From positions 6,572,001 through 6,636,000 of the forward strand of contig CM052841.1 in NCBI GenBank assembly GCA_028534125.1: a stretch of DNA of 64,000 bases, written 5' to 3'. The position numbers and the translations under genes are program-made. This stretch comes from Lama glama. Taxonomy: Eukaryota. Positions 11,556-24,356 of the stretch are shown here, piece by piece. Every line of letters begins with the position of its first letter. Positions within the stretch are counted from its first letter, which is position 1. Under the pieces are notes generated by a model. The model ran no database searches and was not told the DNA's origin. It saw only the letters and a list, made by a program, of their open reading frames with translations.

Positions 11556-11693
11556 GTGAGTGCTGGGTAGGGGGCTCCCTGCTGACCCCTTCCTGGAGCC
11601 GAGCATGAACCCTCCCCAGCATAGCCGAAGGCATCCACCCCAGAGCTGCATACTGCCATGTGCTGGCATCATCACACTTATAAAGAGTTTCAG

Positions 11694-11790
11694 TTTTTTG
11701 TTTTGCTCTGTTTTTTGATGGCAGTACTGAGGATTGAACCCAGGACCTCGTGCATGCTAAGCATGCACTCTACCGCTGAGCTGTCACCCC
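11694..11790 (-). mobile_element. tRNA-Ala-derived SINE (camelid Vic-1-like)
   Basis: Reverse strand reads ...agctcagcggtagagtgcatgcttagcatgcacgaggtcctgggttcaatcc... (A and B boxes) with an A-rich tail; flanked by ctggcat(c/g)atcacac direct repeats at 11663-11677 and 11795-11809. Confidence 0.8.
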
Positions 11791-14700
11791 ACACCTGGCA
11801 TGATCACACATGAACATGAGTCAATGACACTGATATAGGCAGGGTGACCCACTGATGTTGTCCCATAGACACAGTCCTCCAGTCACTCCTGGGTGGCCTC
11901 ATGCTGATGGTATCTCTGGCTTGAGATGACCTCTCCCTCTTCCCACTAGCATGGACATAGGGTACAGGCAGGTGTGATGGGAGTTGGGGGCAGCTTGGGG
12001 GGCCCTGTACAGGATCTGGTGAAATGAGGTCCCCTCAGGTTTGTAGGGGGTGCAGTGGGAGGCACTGAGAGAGACAGTAGGTCAGACTGCTTCCCCTTAT
12101 CCTAGAAGGAATATGGGGACGGAGATGGTGGACTGAGAACAAGATGGGGGGATGGGCAGGGTGACGAGTGGGAGGGGGCTAGCCCAGCAAGGAAAGGGAC
12201 CAGTCAGTCAGTTGGAATGGCTAGAGGAGGCAGAGATTGGTCGGGATCAGCCACTGGCAGCCTCCTGCCCTTCCCCTACCATTTGTCCAGTGAGGATGGA
12301 ATCCTACGTGCAGTGCCCGGGGCAGGGAGCTGCGCCTCTGCTGGGAAACGGGGCCCTCTCAGCTTGACCACTCGCCCTTCTGCATTTCTGGCAGCATTTC
12401 AGACAGCGACATCAGGAAGAGGTCTGACCTCGAAACTCCTCGAATGAGGCTCCAGGTGTAGCGAGCTCCCCCCTTGGTGTGTCCTGCCCCCCACCTCAGC
12501 TGGCTCAGAAGGGGCAGAGAAGGTGGGGGCACCTCTGGGGCCCAAGCACAGAGCGGACCCTAAGGGTTAAGCTCAGCCACCCTCAAGGCTGTGGGTTCAA
12601 GGAGGGCAATAGGTCGAGGTTCCTGTGGCCCCTTCCTTATGAGGCCGACACTGGCCCAGAGAGAGCCTGGCCCACCCCAGGGCTGGTCCACAGTGGGAGG
12701 GAACGCAAGGGACCACCAGGCCAGCTCATCGACCCCCGCCTGCAGTCAGCCTGCCCTGGGCTCCTGTGTTGACCCGACCAGCCGAGGCCTGCCAGTGGTC
12801 TCTTCTGTTAGCCCGGCCCCTGTGTGTGGGCATAAGGCTGCATCTTTGGGCGTGTATGAGGTTGTCCTTGTGTGTTAGGCTGTGTTCTCGTGTGGGTGAG
12901 ACTGTGTCCCTGTTTGGGTGTGTTTCTCTGTGTGGTTATATCCCTGTGGGCTGTACCCTGTGGGTGACATTGTCGATGTGTGACTGTGACCTTTGTGGGT
13001 CCTTGTGGTTGAGATTTTGCCCCGTGTGTGGTAGTTGTTAGTTTCTCTGTTTCTATCTCTGTGTGTTTGTGTCCCGTTTGGCTCTCTCCCTGTGTGTGAG
13101 ACCACATCCCTGTGGGTAACTGTGCCTCTGGGTGACCGTGCCCTTCCTGTGCTTGCATGTGACCTTTTATCAGGTGTCACCATCCTTGAAGTGGGACAGT
13201 GTCCCTGTGCAGCTGCAACCCTGTGGATGGTTTCCTGTGTGTGCTCTTTGTAGTGACTGTCCTCGTCCTACATGTGTGGTGATGTGAAGTTGCTTAGACG
13301 CCGGGGGGACTGTTTCCGGCATGTGGTCCCCATGTGAGCCCGTGTGCGCAGGTGTGAGGGAGCCGTCAGCTCTGTCCCTCTGTGTTCTCCGTGTTCATGA
13401 NNNNNNNNNNNNNNNNNNNNNNNNNNNNNNNNNNNNNNNNNNNNNNNNNNNNNNNNNNNNNNNNNNNNNNNNNNNNNNNNNNNNNNNNNNNNNNNNNNNN
13501 NNNNNNNNNNNNNNNNNNNNNNNNNNNNNNNNNNNNNNNNNNNNNNNNGGGCACCCATGGGGTGGGAGGAGAACTGTCCAGAGACAAAGGATTAAATCAC
13601 TGCTGTCTTTGGAGCTGTTGCATGGATGTGTGTATTGCCATTGTTGTGTTATTGTAGCAGTTGTGACTCTGTGTGATTGTCATGTCATGCCACCCCCTCC
13701 GCCTCTGCATTGTGGCCTGGAGTTGTCTTCTGTCTTTGTGTTGTCATTTTTCCATTCCTGCCCTGCCCTTACATGGCTGGTTTGTCACTGTTGTCAAGTT
13801 GTGTTTCCGTTTCCTTTGTGAGGCGGACAGGGTTCCCTCCGTGTTACCCCACTGCCATTGCACCGGTTGTGCTGTTGGGTTGGTTCTTCATCTTGGGGTT
13901 GTGCCTGCCCCCCAGCGTTATAGGGCCATCCTGGGGCCGGGGTCGCTCTGAGCCGCGGTTGGTCAGTGTTGCTGCTGGGTTGGTGATGGCCACGCCCCCT
14001 CCCCGACGGTCAGCTTTCAGCCCCCTCCTCAGGCAGCAGGATGCAGAGTCTGTGCTTGGGGTCGGGGGTGGGCGTTGTGTGCAGGGAGAGGGGTTTGGCA
14101 TGTTTCCTGGAAGCTCCAGGTTTTTGGAAGGGAGGCAGGAGAGGGGCTCAGTGGCTAGGACTGGAGGATTGGGGGGGCTCTGTGGCTTGCTCCTCGGACA
14201 CTGGGCCTCTGGTCAGAGGGAGGCCCCCATTCAGTCGCTGGTCCAGCCTCACAGCTGTGGCCTCCAAGGCCCCCAGCCACCGCCCTTCCGCCTGTTCATC
14301 CTCTGTTTGGCTGGTCCCAGGCCCCACAGACAAGTGGTCAGGGCTGGCTGGGTTTCCTGCTTCCTTCTCCTTTGACAGGGACAGGGAGGCTCAGAGAGGG
14401 GCAAGACGGAGACAGGCTGTGGGAAAGAGGCCTGGAGACACAGAGGGACCTTGGCACAGGGAGGGCGACAGAGGCAGCAAACAGGGACAGATGTTCCAGC
14501 ACAGAGAAAAGCAGTACTGGGGAGGGGGCTGCGAAGGAGGGAAGAGGGTGGCTGGCGGCATAGGGGGATCCCTACCCCCTGCAGTCCTGGTGGTNNNNNN
14601 NNNNNNNNNNNNNNNNNNNNNNNNNNNNNNNNNNNNNNNNNNNNNNNNNNNNNNNNNNNNNNNNNNNNNNNNNNNNNNNNNNNNNNNNNNNNNNNNNNNN

Positions 14701-15836
14701 NNNNNNNNNNNNNNNNNNNNNNNNNNNNNNNNNNNNNNNNNNNNNNNNNNCCCCCCCCCCCCCGCTCTGCCCCTCCCTCTCTCTGCCCCTCCCAACCTCA
14801 CTCTGCAGATCTGGCCGGGACCAGGGAAGCATCTGTCCTTCCAGGCGCAGTAGGGCAGGATGAGGAGAGTAGATTCGCATCTCGGGGCTCTGCTCGCCTG
14901 ATTCTCTGCTGCTGTCTGTAGATCGGTGCCTTGGACTTTCTCTGTCCCACTCGCTTCCCCCACCTAGCGCTGCCTCTGGACAGGTGCTCCCTCCCACCCT
15001 TCCACTCTGGTCTCCTGGGCTCAGTCCATCACGCCTGGGTTGCCGAGGCAAGGGCTGGGGTTTGCTTTTGGCTCTGACAGGCCCCTCCTGGGGGCAGGAG
15101 AGAAATGGTCAGAGAGCTCCCTCAGTCCCAGCACTCCCCCCACCACAAGCAGTTCCTGCCTCATGAAGTTGACAGCTGCCAGGAGTTCCTGAGGTCTGCC
15201 GTCCTGGACCTGCCCATTCTACCTTCTCCTGCTGCTGCCCAAGCTCTGGATGGTTGAGGGGGGGGTCTTGTCAAGGGGGCCAGAGTCAGGGAGAGGGAGA
15301 GAGGCAAGACAGAAAGAGACAATGATGGGGAAGATGAAGAGATGGGAAGAGCCGGAGAAAGGAGTTCAGGAGTGACACCCCTTGGCTCCAGCTTGCCTGG
15401 GTAGCAGATGTTAGTGACTGGGGCTGGGCCTGTTGGTGGTAAGAGATTGGGGTCATGAGGGTCAGGAAAACTTTGAAAAGGGCCTAGGACTGGAGGTGAA
15501 CTGGGTCTTTTCTCCCAGCACTCTGCACAATCTCTCTCTGTCTCTCTCACAAACACAAACACACACAGGATCACCCAGACATACACACGCAGTCCCCAGA
15601 CATGCACATACACATACGAATTTGGAGACACTCACATCCCTGTATCCTTTCCCAGCCACAGAGGAATTGTGCACACCCCTCATCTGCCCGAGACACACTG
15701 TCAGACACAGAGCCTCTCAGCCTGGACTCCTCACTTGTGCACACTCACAGGTTCTCATCCATGCACGTTCACCTGGGGGCGCTGGGCAGGGCTGTGACCT
15801 GTGACTTTTGCTTTGTGCCTTCCCCGCCCCCAACAG

Positions 15837-16070
15837 AGACACCCCATGTGCAGTACGAACGCCTGGGCTCAGATGTGACTCTGCCGTGTGGGACAGCAAA
15901 CTGGGATGCAGCTGTGACGTGGCGGGTGAATGGGACAGACCTGGCCCCTGACCTGCTCAACGGCTCTCAGCTTGTGCTCCGTGGCCTGGAACTGGGCCAC
16001 AGCGGTCTCTACGCCTGTTTCCACCGTGACTCATGGCACCTGCGCCACCAAGTCCTCCTACACGTGGGCT
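15837..16070 (+). CDS. CNTFR: CNTFR coding exon 2 (Ig-like C2 domain, ETPHVQYERLGSDVTLPCG...HQVLLHVG)
   Basis: aacag| ... |gtaagt; 234 nt, phase 1-1; recognisable protein sequence. Confidence 0.98.
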
Positions 16071-17039
16071 GTAAGTGTTTCTCTCCCAAGCCCTCATTTG
16101 ACCTTCCATTTCCCTCAAGGGGGTTGTTAATGAGGCCCAGACCCTTGGCCCAGGTCAAGTCCCCTTCCTGGTGGTGGTGGGGATGGCTGCAGCGCCCTCT
16201 GATCCCATCCTGTTCTGCTCTTCTGACCTCTAAGCCCAGTCTCACCCACTGAGTCCAGACCCCTGCGCATTGCATTTGTATCCCACCCACACCGGAGGTC
16301 TCTGAGATCCTGAAATCCTGTTCCCTGTGACAAGATGGGCAGAGGAGGGCTGGCAGGGCATGGCCCATCTGGGGCCTGGTGGGGAAGAATCCTAGGGTCA
16401 CAGCTCTGAGCTGGAGTGGCCTCACTCCACTGTGTGCTCTCACAGGGGCTGGGTTTGAGGGTCTTAGGGAAGAAAACGGGGTATATGGTAATGTAGGTAT
16501 AGGTATGGGCACTCCAGGATGCCCCAGGGAAGAAGGAAGACTTCCTGGAGTAGGTGGCACATAGAGACTTGGAGAATTTGGAAGATACATTGAAAAAGTT
16601 GTTTCTGGCAGAGAGCTAAGGGGGACCATAGGCCCCTCAACACTGAGAGGGCATGAAAAGGCCACTTGGCTTGGTATAAATGGCAGAAGGGAACTAAAGG
16701 AGGGGATGGGACAGATCATGATCCTAGAAGCTTGGGAGTGACATGATCAAGGTCATGTTGTTAAAAGATCCCTCACATTGTGTTGAAGAGGGGCAGGTGG
16801 ATGGGGCAAAGCCAGGGCAGGAAGGAGGCTGTTGCTGGGATGTTGGAGAGATGGTGGGGACCTAGGACCGTGTTGGGGAAGTTGAGAGGGGGTGACTGGA
16901 CCTCCAGGGGTTGGTGATGGATTGGAGGTAGGGAGGACAGGAGAGTAGAGACTAGGAGGAGTCGAGACAGCTAGCAGTTCCAATCACTGCAAGAGACAAA
17001 GTGAGAGGGTCCGTTGGAGAAGGTGACGTGTTCTGTTTG

Positions 17040-17465
17040 TGCAGTGTCTCTGTTTGAGTTTCCCTACAATCAGATCCCAAGATGAGAATTCGCAAGCAAG
17101 TAGTGTATTTGGCAGGCAACAGAAACATCATGAGGGAATGGGAAAGTGATAGAAAAAGGAAGTGAAATTAGTCAATAGAGGAAGTTATCTAGCCATTGCT
17201 ACTGGGCAGCTGGAACTTAACCCCCTAGGGGAACTCTGGGAGCCCAGACGGAACATGTGCCTTGGCATTCTCCTGCCGGTGGCGGGGAGAGGGAGCTCAG
17301 ATGCCTGCACTAAGGGTTGGGGGTGGGGATGCTTTAATTCCCCAGCACTTTTGGCCCAATGCCCCGGCAGGCAATGCAGGTTTCGGTGGCCAAAGAAAGC
17401 TCTTAGGCAAATAACTGCGGTCAGCGGGTATGGGTGAGGGATCTGCGGCACTGCCATCCGCTATG
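17040..17465 (-). mobile_element. ERVL-type solo LTR (LTR16-like) within L2-like sequence
   Basis: Resemblance to recalled consensus (caagtagtgtatttgg...ctgggcagctggaact...ggggaactctggga); family and ends approximate. Confidence 0.45.
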
Positions 17466-20400
17466 GACATGTTGGGTTGGGGTCCCTGGGGGACAACCAG
17501 GAGCTGATGGCTGATAGCCAGTGGATCTGAGAGTCTGGGACTTGGGGAGAGGGCTGTGCTGGAAGTGGGAATTTGGGATTTGAGGGCGTTGTCAGTATTA
17601 ATTCCTTGGGAGGGGGTGAGATGGCCAAGGGGGAGATTGTGGGATGAGGAGAGAAGAGGACCCAGCACCAAGCCCTGAAGACCGTTACTGTGTAAGGGGT
17701 TGACGGAAGAAACGAGCCCCATAAACAGATGAGGGAGCAGAAGGAGCCAGCAGGAAGGTAGAAGGAAGAGCAGGTGAGTGTGATTCAGAAGCGGGGTTTG
17801 GAGAAGTCGGGATGGCGAGGTTGTTGGTGTTACTGAGGGTTGGCTGGGCCCTCACTCAGCCAGAGGCACCCACTGACAGAATAAATACTCTGAAAATAGT
17901 TTCATTTCTTTTCTTCCTGCACCAAACTCTCAAGCTTCTCTGGCCTCATCCGATTTGGATGGTGCCCCTCACCATATGAGGATGGTTTCCTTACTCCCTG
18001 GGAGCTGCTGAGGGGAGGAGACGCTTGAGGGACCCTGGGGCAGGCCCTCTCCCCATTGTCAGGAGATTGGTGTGGCCCCGCGGGGAATCTTAGGCTGGAA
18101 GGCTGCTCAGGGTCCTCCACAAAAACACTGGCTCATCAGTGGGGCTAGAGGAGGGGTGAAAGCATGTTTTGGGATATTCCTTTCCCCACAGAAAAAGCCT
18201 TTGTATGTGCTGAAACCGAGAGATGGCAGTCATAACAAAACGTCTTAATTGCAAGCCAGGGGTGGAGTGATCCCTGTCGGCCAGCTTGAGAAATGCAGGA
18301 CCAGCCGAGCGGCGTCCTCCCTGGCCCACCACAGGGTGCATTAGAAGTGGACCGCTCAGCCTAGCCCTGGGCCCATACATGGAGGGAAAGGCCATGGAAG
18401 AAGGACGAGGCCAACTTGGCACAAGTCACCCACACCCTTGTCTTCTCAGTCTGAGTCCCAGAAGTCCTTAGGCTGGACAAGGCTGGCTGTGATGTCTGAG
18501 CCTTGGTGACCCTGGGCCCTCATTCCTGATGACTTGATTTTCTTTGAGAGGTCATTGGAAGGGAATTGGGTCTATAAGTGATGTCTGTAGCCATACCCAC
18601 AGGACATGCCCACAGCTGCCCTTTGTGACCAGAGCCCGGACCTTTTATGTATATGGTGCTGACCGCTCCCTAGGCCTCGCCTGTCAGAGAACTGCCCATG
18701 AATTGGCAGTAGCATTAGTAACAGGTACTTATCTCTCATTGCCTTGTTTCCTTCTAAAGAGTTGGTCAGAGGAACAGGGGACATTAATCATGATTGTTTC
18801 AGTCACTTTATATTAGTAACAAGAGACTGGGTTTGGCAACACTCAATATCAAATTATCCTTCTCGCCAGCACTCAGAGAACAGGACAGAGTTACCCCTGA
18901 TTTGTGGGTCATTCAAACCAAGAATTATTTAATATTTATCCTAAACATACAAAATTTTCACGTCTCTATTTCCAAGGGAAGCTGATCATAAAAATATTCT
19001 GCTGAAAGTCCCCTTAACCAGGCTGGTCCCTGAACTGCTTTCTCCTGACCCGCCTTCCTGCCCTCAGGTGGACGGTCACAATTAGCTCTAAGGAGGCCCC
19101 TACCCAGGGTGAAGAAAGGACCCCCAACTTAGACACTGTTGATTCAGTGTGATTCTGATTTTGAGCTAAAATAAATCAGAGCTTAACTGACTGATTTTAG
19201 ATAGACAGTTCCTCGTCCAGTTTTAAAGTGTTTGTATTTGATTGGTCAGGACGGAAACTCCAGACCCTCATGGGTCAGCACTGCTTCCCCCCAGCCCTGT
19301 TTTGGTGGGAAAGGAAAGAGCAGCCTGTGTTTGAAGAAGAACTGGCGTGAAGAGATGGGTGGAAGGTGGGCATTTGGGAGTCCAGAAGTTGGGGTGCCTC
19401 GAGGGATGTCATGAGCTAAGGTTGGGACAGGACATGGGCCCCGAATGCCAGGCAGGAGGAGGAGTGTGGGTGGGGCCTGGGCAGGGCTGGAGCTAGAAGG
19501 GTCACCCCGCCCCGCCGGCCTGATCTGGCCTGGCCAGGGGTGTGGGCAGCCTGCCCCTCCTCCTCTCAGAGCCGATGGGCAGACCTCGTGCGTGCCGGGG
19601 GCTCCAGCCCAGGCGGGCTGGCGAGATGAGAGGAAAAACATGCGGTTTGATGGGCTGGACATGGAAAAACAAGCCAATTAGGAGGAAAACAAACAAACCC
19701 TGGGCCAGCGCGGGTACACGCACGCATGCACACACGGCCCTGCGTGGGACACAGGGACACCCTGCCACAGGCTGAGGCTGTCACTTGGGCATCTCAGGAG
19801 CCCCCATGGGGACAACTCTGGAAGTGTGGGCATCCAGGAGCATGCCTGCATGTGATTATGACACGTGTGCATATGGGCTTTGCCCACACACAGCCTCTCA
19901 CACGGTGTTCAGCTCATATGTGTGAACACACTTGGAATTCTGGGCACTTTCCCACACCTGCAATTTGAAAAATACATTCAGGCTTAAGTTCGTCTCATAC
20001 CCAGTGTGTCAGGTATGTAGTCCTGCCGTCGCTGTTTCACACATGGTGATGCATTTACACACTTTCGCACAGAGGACCTCTGCCACACGGCCCCACATGT
20101 ACAGACAGTCCCGGAGTCAAACAGCCTCGCCCTGAGTCACACACGGATGCAGTCATCCAGTCACACATGGCCAGTCGCAGTTAGGCGCCTGCCCAGAGCC
20201 CCAGTCACACACATGCAGCCTCTCCAAATTATACACACAGCCTCACAATCGCAATCTCTTAAAGTCAGCTTCTCCCCTGACTTGCAGCACACTCACAACA
20301 GGCCTCCTAAATTGCACACTGTCCCACAACCTCACACTTGGTCGCTCGCTGCACNNNNNNNNNNNNNNNNNNNNNNNNNNNNNNNNNNNNNNNNNNNNNN

Positions 20401-22566
20401 NNNNNNNNNNNNNNNNNNNNNNNNNNNNNNNNNNNNNNNNNNNNNNNNNNNNNNNNNNNNNNNNNNNNNNNNNNNNNNNNNNGCCCTTCCCTCCTCAGGG
20501 CCCAGGGCCAGGCAGGAGTAGCCAGATGACAGACAAAGCTGGGCCTGGTCCCCCGGCCCCCCATGACCTGCCCAGTCAGAGAGGGCAACTGGTTTAGATG
20601 GGAGGCTGGTCTGAGAGGGGAGGATGGTCAGAGGGGAGTGGAGGAAACTGGTCAGTGGGGAGGCTGGCCGGGGGAGGGGGCTGGCCTGTGAGTCCAGTGC
20701 CATGGCCCGCCCTGCCCTCGGAAGAGTCCGAGGCAGCAGGGAGCTGACTCTGCAGGCTTCAGTCCCCCCCCCCAACCAGCGCCCTTCTCCTTTGAAGCCG
20801 GGGGTCAGGGAGGGTGGTGGCGGGAGGGGCAGTGGAGGCTTCTTAGCCGACCTCGGAATGTCCTTTCCTCCTGGGGTGGCTGCCAACTCTGGCCTGGCCC
20901 ACAGGCCCCCACAAGGCACTTCCTGTGTCCTTGGCCGCCCCCCACCCCACCCCCACGCCTCTGTGCCCCTGGGCAGAGAGGGAAGGGATACGAGAGGCAC
21001 ACAGGATGAACGTGGAGCAGACATAAGATGGACACGGGGCCAGGAAGGCTTCCCAGGGGAGGCAGATGGCAGTGGGCAGAATTCAGGTGGACCCCTGTGG
21101 AGGCTCGGCTGGGCTCCAGCTCTCCCCTGCAAGCCTGGGGCTGGAGCCCCCTCTGCCCACAGCGTCGCCCACTCCACCTGCCACACTCAAGCTTCCCTGA
21201 GTGCCTCCCTGACCCCCTCGTCTCTCCTGCTGCAAAGCCAGATTGGGCCCTGGGGGTTCGGCCCCAATGCAGACATACTTCACATATACTGGACACGTAC
21301 ACAGTCACACAGAGTCACTCACAGTCACGTGCATGCTGTGGATGAAAGCCCACAGTTCCTTCCCCAAGTGTCACCACGGCCACTCAGCAAAGCAGAAACA
21401 TACACTCCCCTTCACCGTCCCTGGCTTATTGAGCTGCCCCCCTCCCATTTCCTGTCCACCTGTCAGGCAGGGGGCGGGGTGGGGGGGCACAGGAGGGAGG
21501 TGTCAGTGTCCCCGGAGCCACAGATGGACATTCCTTGCCTGGGTCAGATCACAGAAGCTGCCTCCTTCCAGGAGCCTGAGCTGGCTGTCCTCACGCCTTA
21601 CCCAATGCCCAAGGGTCGGACAGCTGGACTAAGTGCTCGCAGCAGCAAAACGAGTGTGGTTAGATAGCAGAGAGGACTTCCCAAGTATGTGTGCATGGTC
21701 ATGTAGGTAGGTATTCCCATTCTGCGGTTTAGTACCAACCAGCTCTAGCTTGCTGTGTGACCTCAGGCAGGTCCCCATCCCTCTCTGGGCTTCCCCAGTT
21801 CCCAGAGTAAAGGCAGCCGCTGACCATGTAAAGGGCTCCTTAAAGGGTCTGTGATGGAGAAGCTGGGGGCTGGGACTGAGGTGAGGTACACACCAAGGGA
21901 GCACACAGTCACTCAGAGACATGTGCTCTGAGAGCCACACACAGACACTCCTGCATATGTCCCCACATTCCATCCCATGTCACTCATTCACGTCACGCAC
22001 AGATACACACACAACACATATACGCATGTGAACAGCCACCCAGTGCTGCTGTTCCCATGGAGCCACCAGCCCTGTCCTCGTGCTTCCCATTCTCTCCGGA
22101 GGGAAAGCCTGGGATGTCTCTCCTCCAGGGAGTGCACCCTGCTCACCCCACCAGCCAGAGGGCACAGTCAAGACCCCCCTCGGCCTCTTGCACAGTCCTG
22201 CTCTGGAAATGGACGCAATGTGGCAGGAGATGTGGGGCTGGGGCCGCTTCCCCCAGACATCACCTCCATCCTGTGATTGATGAGCTGAGGCCCGCAGCCC
22301 CCTGCTCCCCACAGTTCCCGCCTTCATGGAGCAGGTGGGGGCGCTCCCTCTCCATACGTCCCTTGTTTTTCTTTAATTAAACATCTGGCTCTCTGTGGCC
22401 TGGGAAGCCTCAGACCCTCGCTGACAGCCCGCCCTCCCCCCCAACCTCTGGCATTGCTGATGGGTTGAAGGGGGAGAGCTGAGGTTCTGGGGCCCACCTG
22501 TCCCTGCACCAGTGCAAGGGACTGGGGACTCCAGGAATGACCTGACCGTGTTGTCCTCACCCCCAG

Positions 22567-22684
22567 TGCCCCCGAGGGAGCCCGTGCTCAGCTGCCGCTC
22601 CAACACTTACCCCAAGGGCTTCTACTGCAGCTGGCATCTGCCTGCTCCCACCTACATCCCCAACACCTTCAATGTGACTGTACT
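22567..22684 (+). CDS. CNTFR: CNTFR coding exon 3 (FNIII-1: LPPREPVLSCRSNTYPKGFYCSWHLP...NVTVL)
   Basis: cccag| ... |gtgagt; 118 nt; class I cytokine receptor cysteines and CxW motif. Confidence 0.98.
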
Positions 22685-22857
22685 GTGAGTAGACGCGCCT
22701 GTGACCCGGTTCCAACCCTGATCTCTGACCTCTCCCCCCAGCCCCTCCGTGCCCTCTGTCCAGACTCTAGCCCAGCCTTGGGCTTGACCTTCCCCCAACC
22801 TCTGCCCTACCTGCCCCTTGATGTTGGTAACAGTGCCTGGGCTTCACCCCTCTCCAG

Positions 22858-23024
22858 GCATGGCTCCAAAATTATGGTCTGTGAGAAGGACCCAGCCCTC
22901 AAGAACCGCTGCCACATCCGCTACATGCACCTGTTCTCCACCGTCAAGTACAAGGTCTCCATAAGTGTCAGTAATGCCCTGGGCCACAACGCCACCGCCA
23001 TCACCTTCGACGAGTTCACCATTG
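22858..23024 (+). CDS. CNTFR: CNTFR coding exon 4 (HGSKIMVCEKDPALKNRC...FDEFTI)
   Basis: tccag| ... |gtgcgt; 167 nt; frame continuous with neighbours. Confidence 0.98.
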
Positions 23025-23425
23025 GTGCGTGGAAGGGGTGGAAAATCCCTGCGGCATATGCCAGTGGGAGTGTGAGCAGATGTTTGCCAGAGGTGTATGT
23101 GAGCATTGGTGGCAATGTTCACCTGAGTGCACTGGTATATGTGGCATGGTATATTAACGTGTCCATGTACACATGGCATGTATATACCTGTGAACATTTT
23201 AGTGAGTGTCCTTTACCTGCAGGGGCCGAGAGACCTCTCCAGCAGCTCTCCCCATCGTCTCTCTGGCTCCCAGAGCATGCAGGAGGGGGAGGGGGGCAGG
23301 CTGGGCCAGACCCTTGTGCAGCTGCAGCCTCCACCCCCCCATGCTAATGGCTTCCTTACGGCCTGTGATGAATGAGGTGTCAGAACAGGAGACAGGACTG
23401 GGACAGATACTGCCTTCTCCCCAAC

Positions 23426-23600
23426 CCCCATCCCAGCCAGACCCTCTGCCTGCCCCTGCCCCATCCCAGCCAGACCCTCTGCCTGCCCCTGCCCCTGCCC
23501 CATCCCAGCCAGACCCTCTGCCTGCCCCTGCCCCATCCCAGCCAGACCCTCTGCCTCCCCCTGCCCCATCCCAGCCAGACCCCTTGCCTGCCCCATCCCA
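23426..23600 (+). repeat. 33-bp minisatellite, 5 copies (ccccatcccagccagaccctctgcctgcccctg)
   Basis: Units of 33, 39, 33, 33 and 27 bp read directly. Confidence 0.95.
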
Positions 23601-24192
23601 TCCCACTCCATGGCTGAGTCCCCAGCCAGACTGTTTCTACATGAGTGGGCCCTGGAATGTTCCCGTCAGATCCTCAGCCTACTTCCTACCCGAATCTGTA
23701 CCACCTGTGGGCTGTCTTTTAATCTTGACCCACAGAGCAGCTTCAAACTCAGATTCTTTAAAGAGAGGATGTGTCCAAGTTGGGAAGTGGAAAAGCTGCG
23801 GTGAAAAGCCAGGCTTGCGGGGAGTGTATGAGGCCGGAGGGAGTGGTCCCGGTGATGATGGGGTGATGGTAGAGAAGGATGGAGGCTTAGTAGTTGGGAT
23901 GCTGGTCATCATGAGGATGGGGTTGGGATGACGGGATGAAATTTATGATGCTGAGATCATGAGCTGGTGACAGTGACTACAGTGACAGTCATTGGTGATG
24001 ACAGGAATGTGAAAGGTGGAGTAATGAGATGGCCGTTAGTGGTGGTTGCCAGAACTGACAACAGAGAAGAGCGATGGCGACCATGGTGGTGATGATGATT
24101 GACGATGTGCATTGGTTGACGGTGGCTGGGGTTGACAAAGTGGGGTTGTTCTCAGAGATCAGTGTGGTAATGAACCTGTGTTTACTAAACAG

Positions 24193-24356
24193 TGAAGCCT
24201 GACCCTCCAGAAAACGTGGTAGCCCGGCCAGTGCCCAGCAACCCTCGCCGGCTAGAGGTGACATGGCAGACCCCCTCAACTTGGCCTGACCCTGAGTCCT
24301 TTCCTCTCAAGTTCTTTCTGCGCTATCGACCCCTCATCCTGGACCAGTGGCAGCAT
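24193..24356 (+). CDS. CNTFR: CNTFR coding exon 5 (FNIII-2: VKPDPPENVVARP...ILDQWQH)
   Basis: aacag| ... |gtgagt; 164 nt. Confidence 0.98.

Noticed and set aside
1-12500. CNTFR-AS1 orthologue and the canonical CNTFR 5' non-coding exons
   Set aside because: No exon can be identified from sequence alone; the canonical leaders probably lie upstream of the window
14809-14983. Possible cryptic exon after a strong acceptor (ctctgcag|)
   Set aside because: Weak donor (CAG|GTGCTC), frameshifting length, adjacent to an N gap, no other support
20624-21667. 347-aa ORF (and an antisense 284-aa ORF) in a CNTFR intron
   Set aside because: G/P/A/S-rich with no recognisable domain and a non-exonic context; expected in GC-rich DNA
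23199-23931. Repetitive Pro/Gly-rich ORFs on both strands
   Set aside because: Produced by the 33-bp minisatellite
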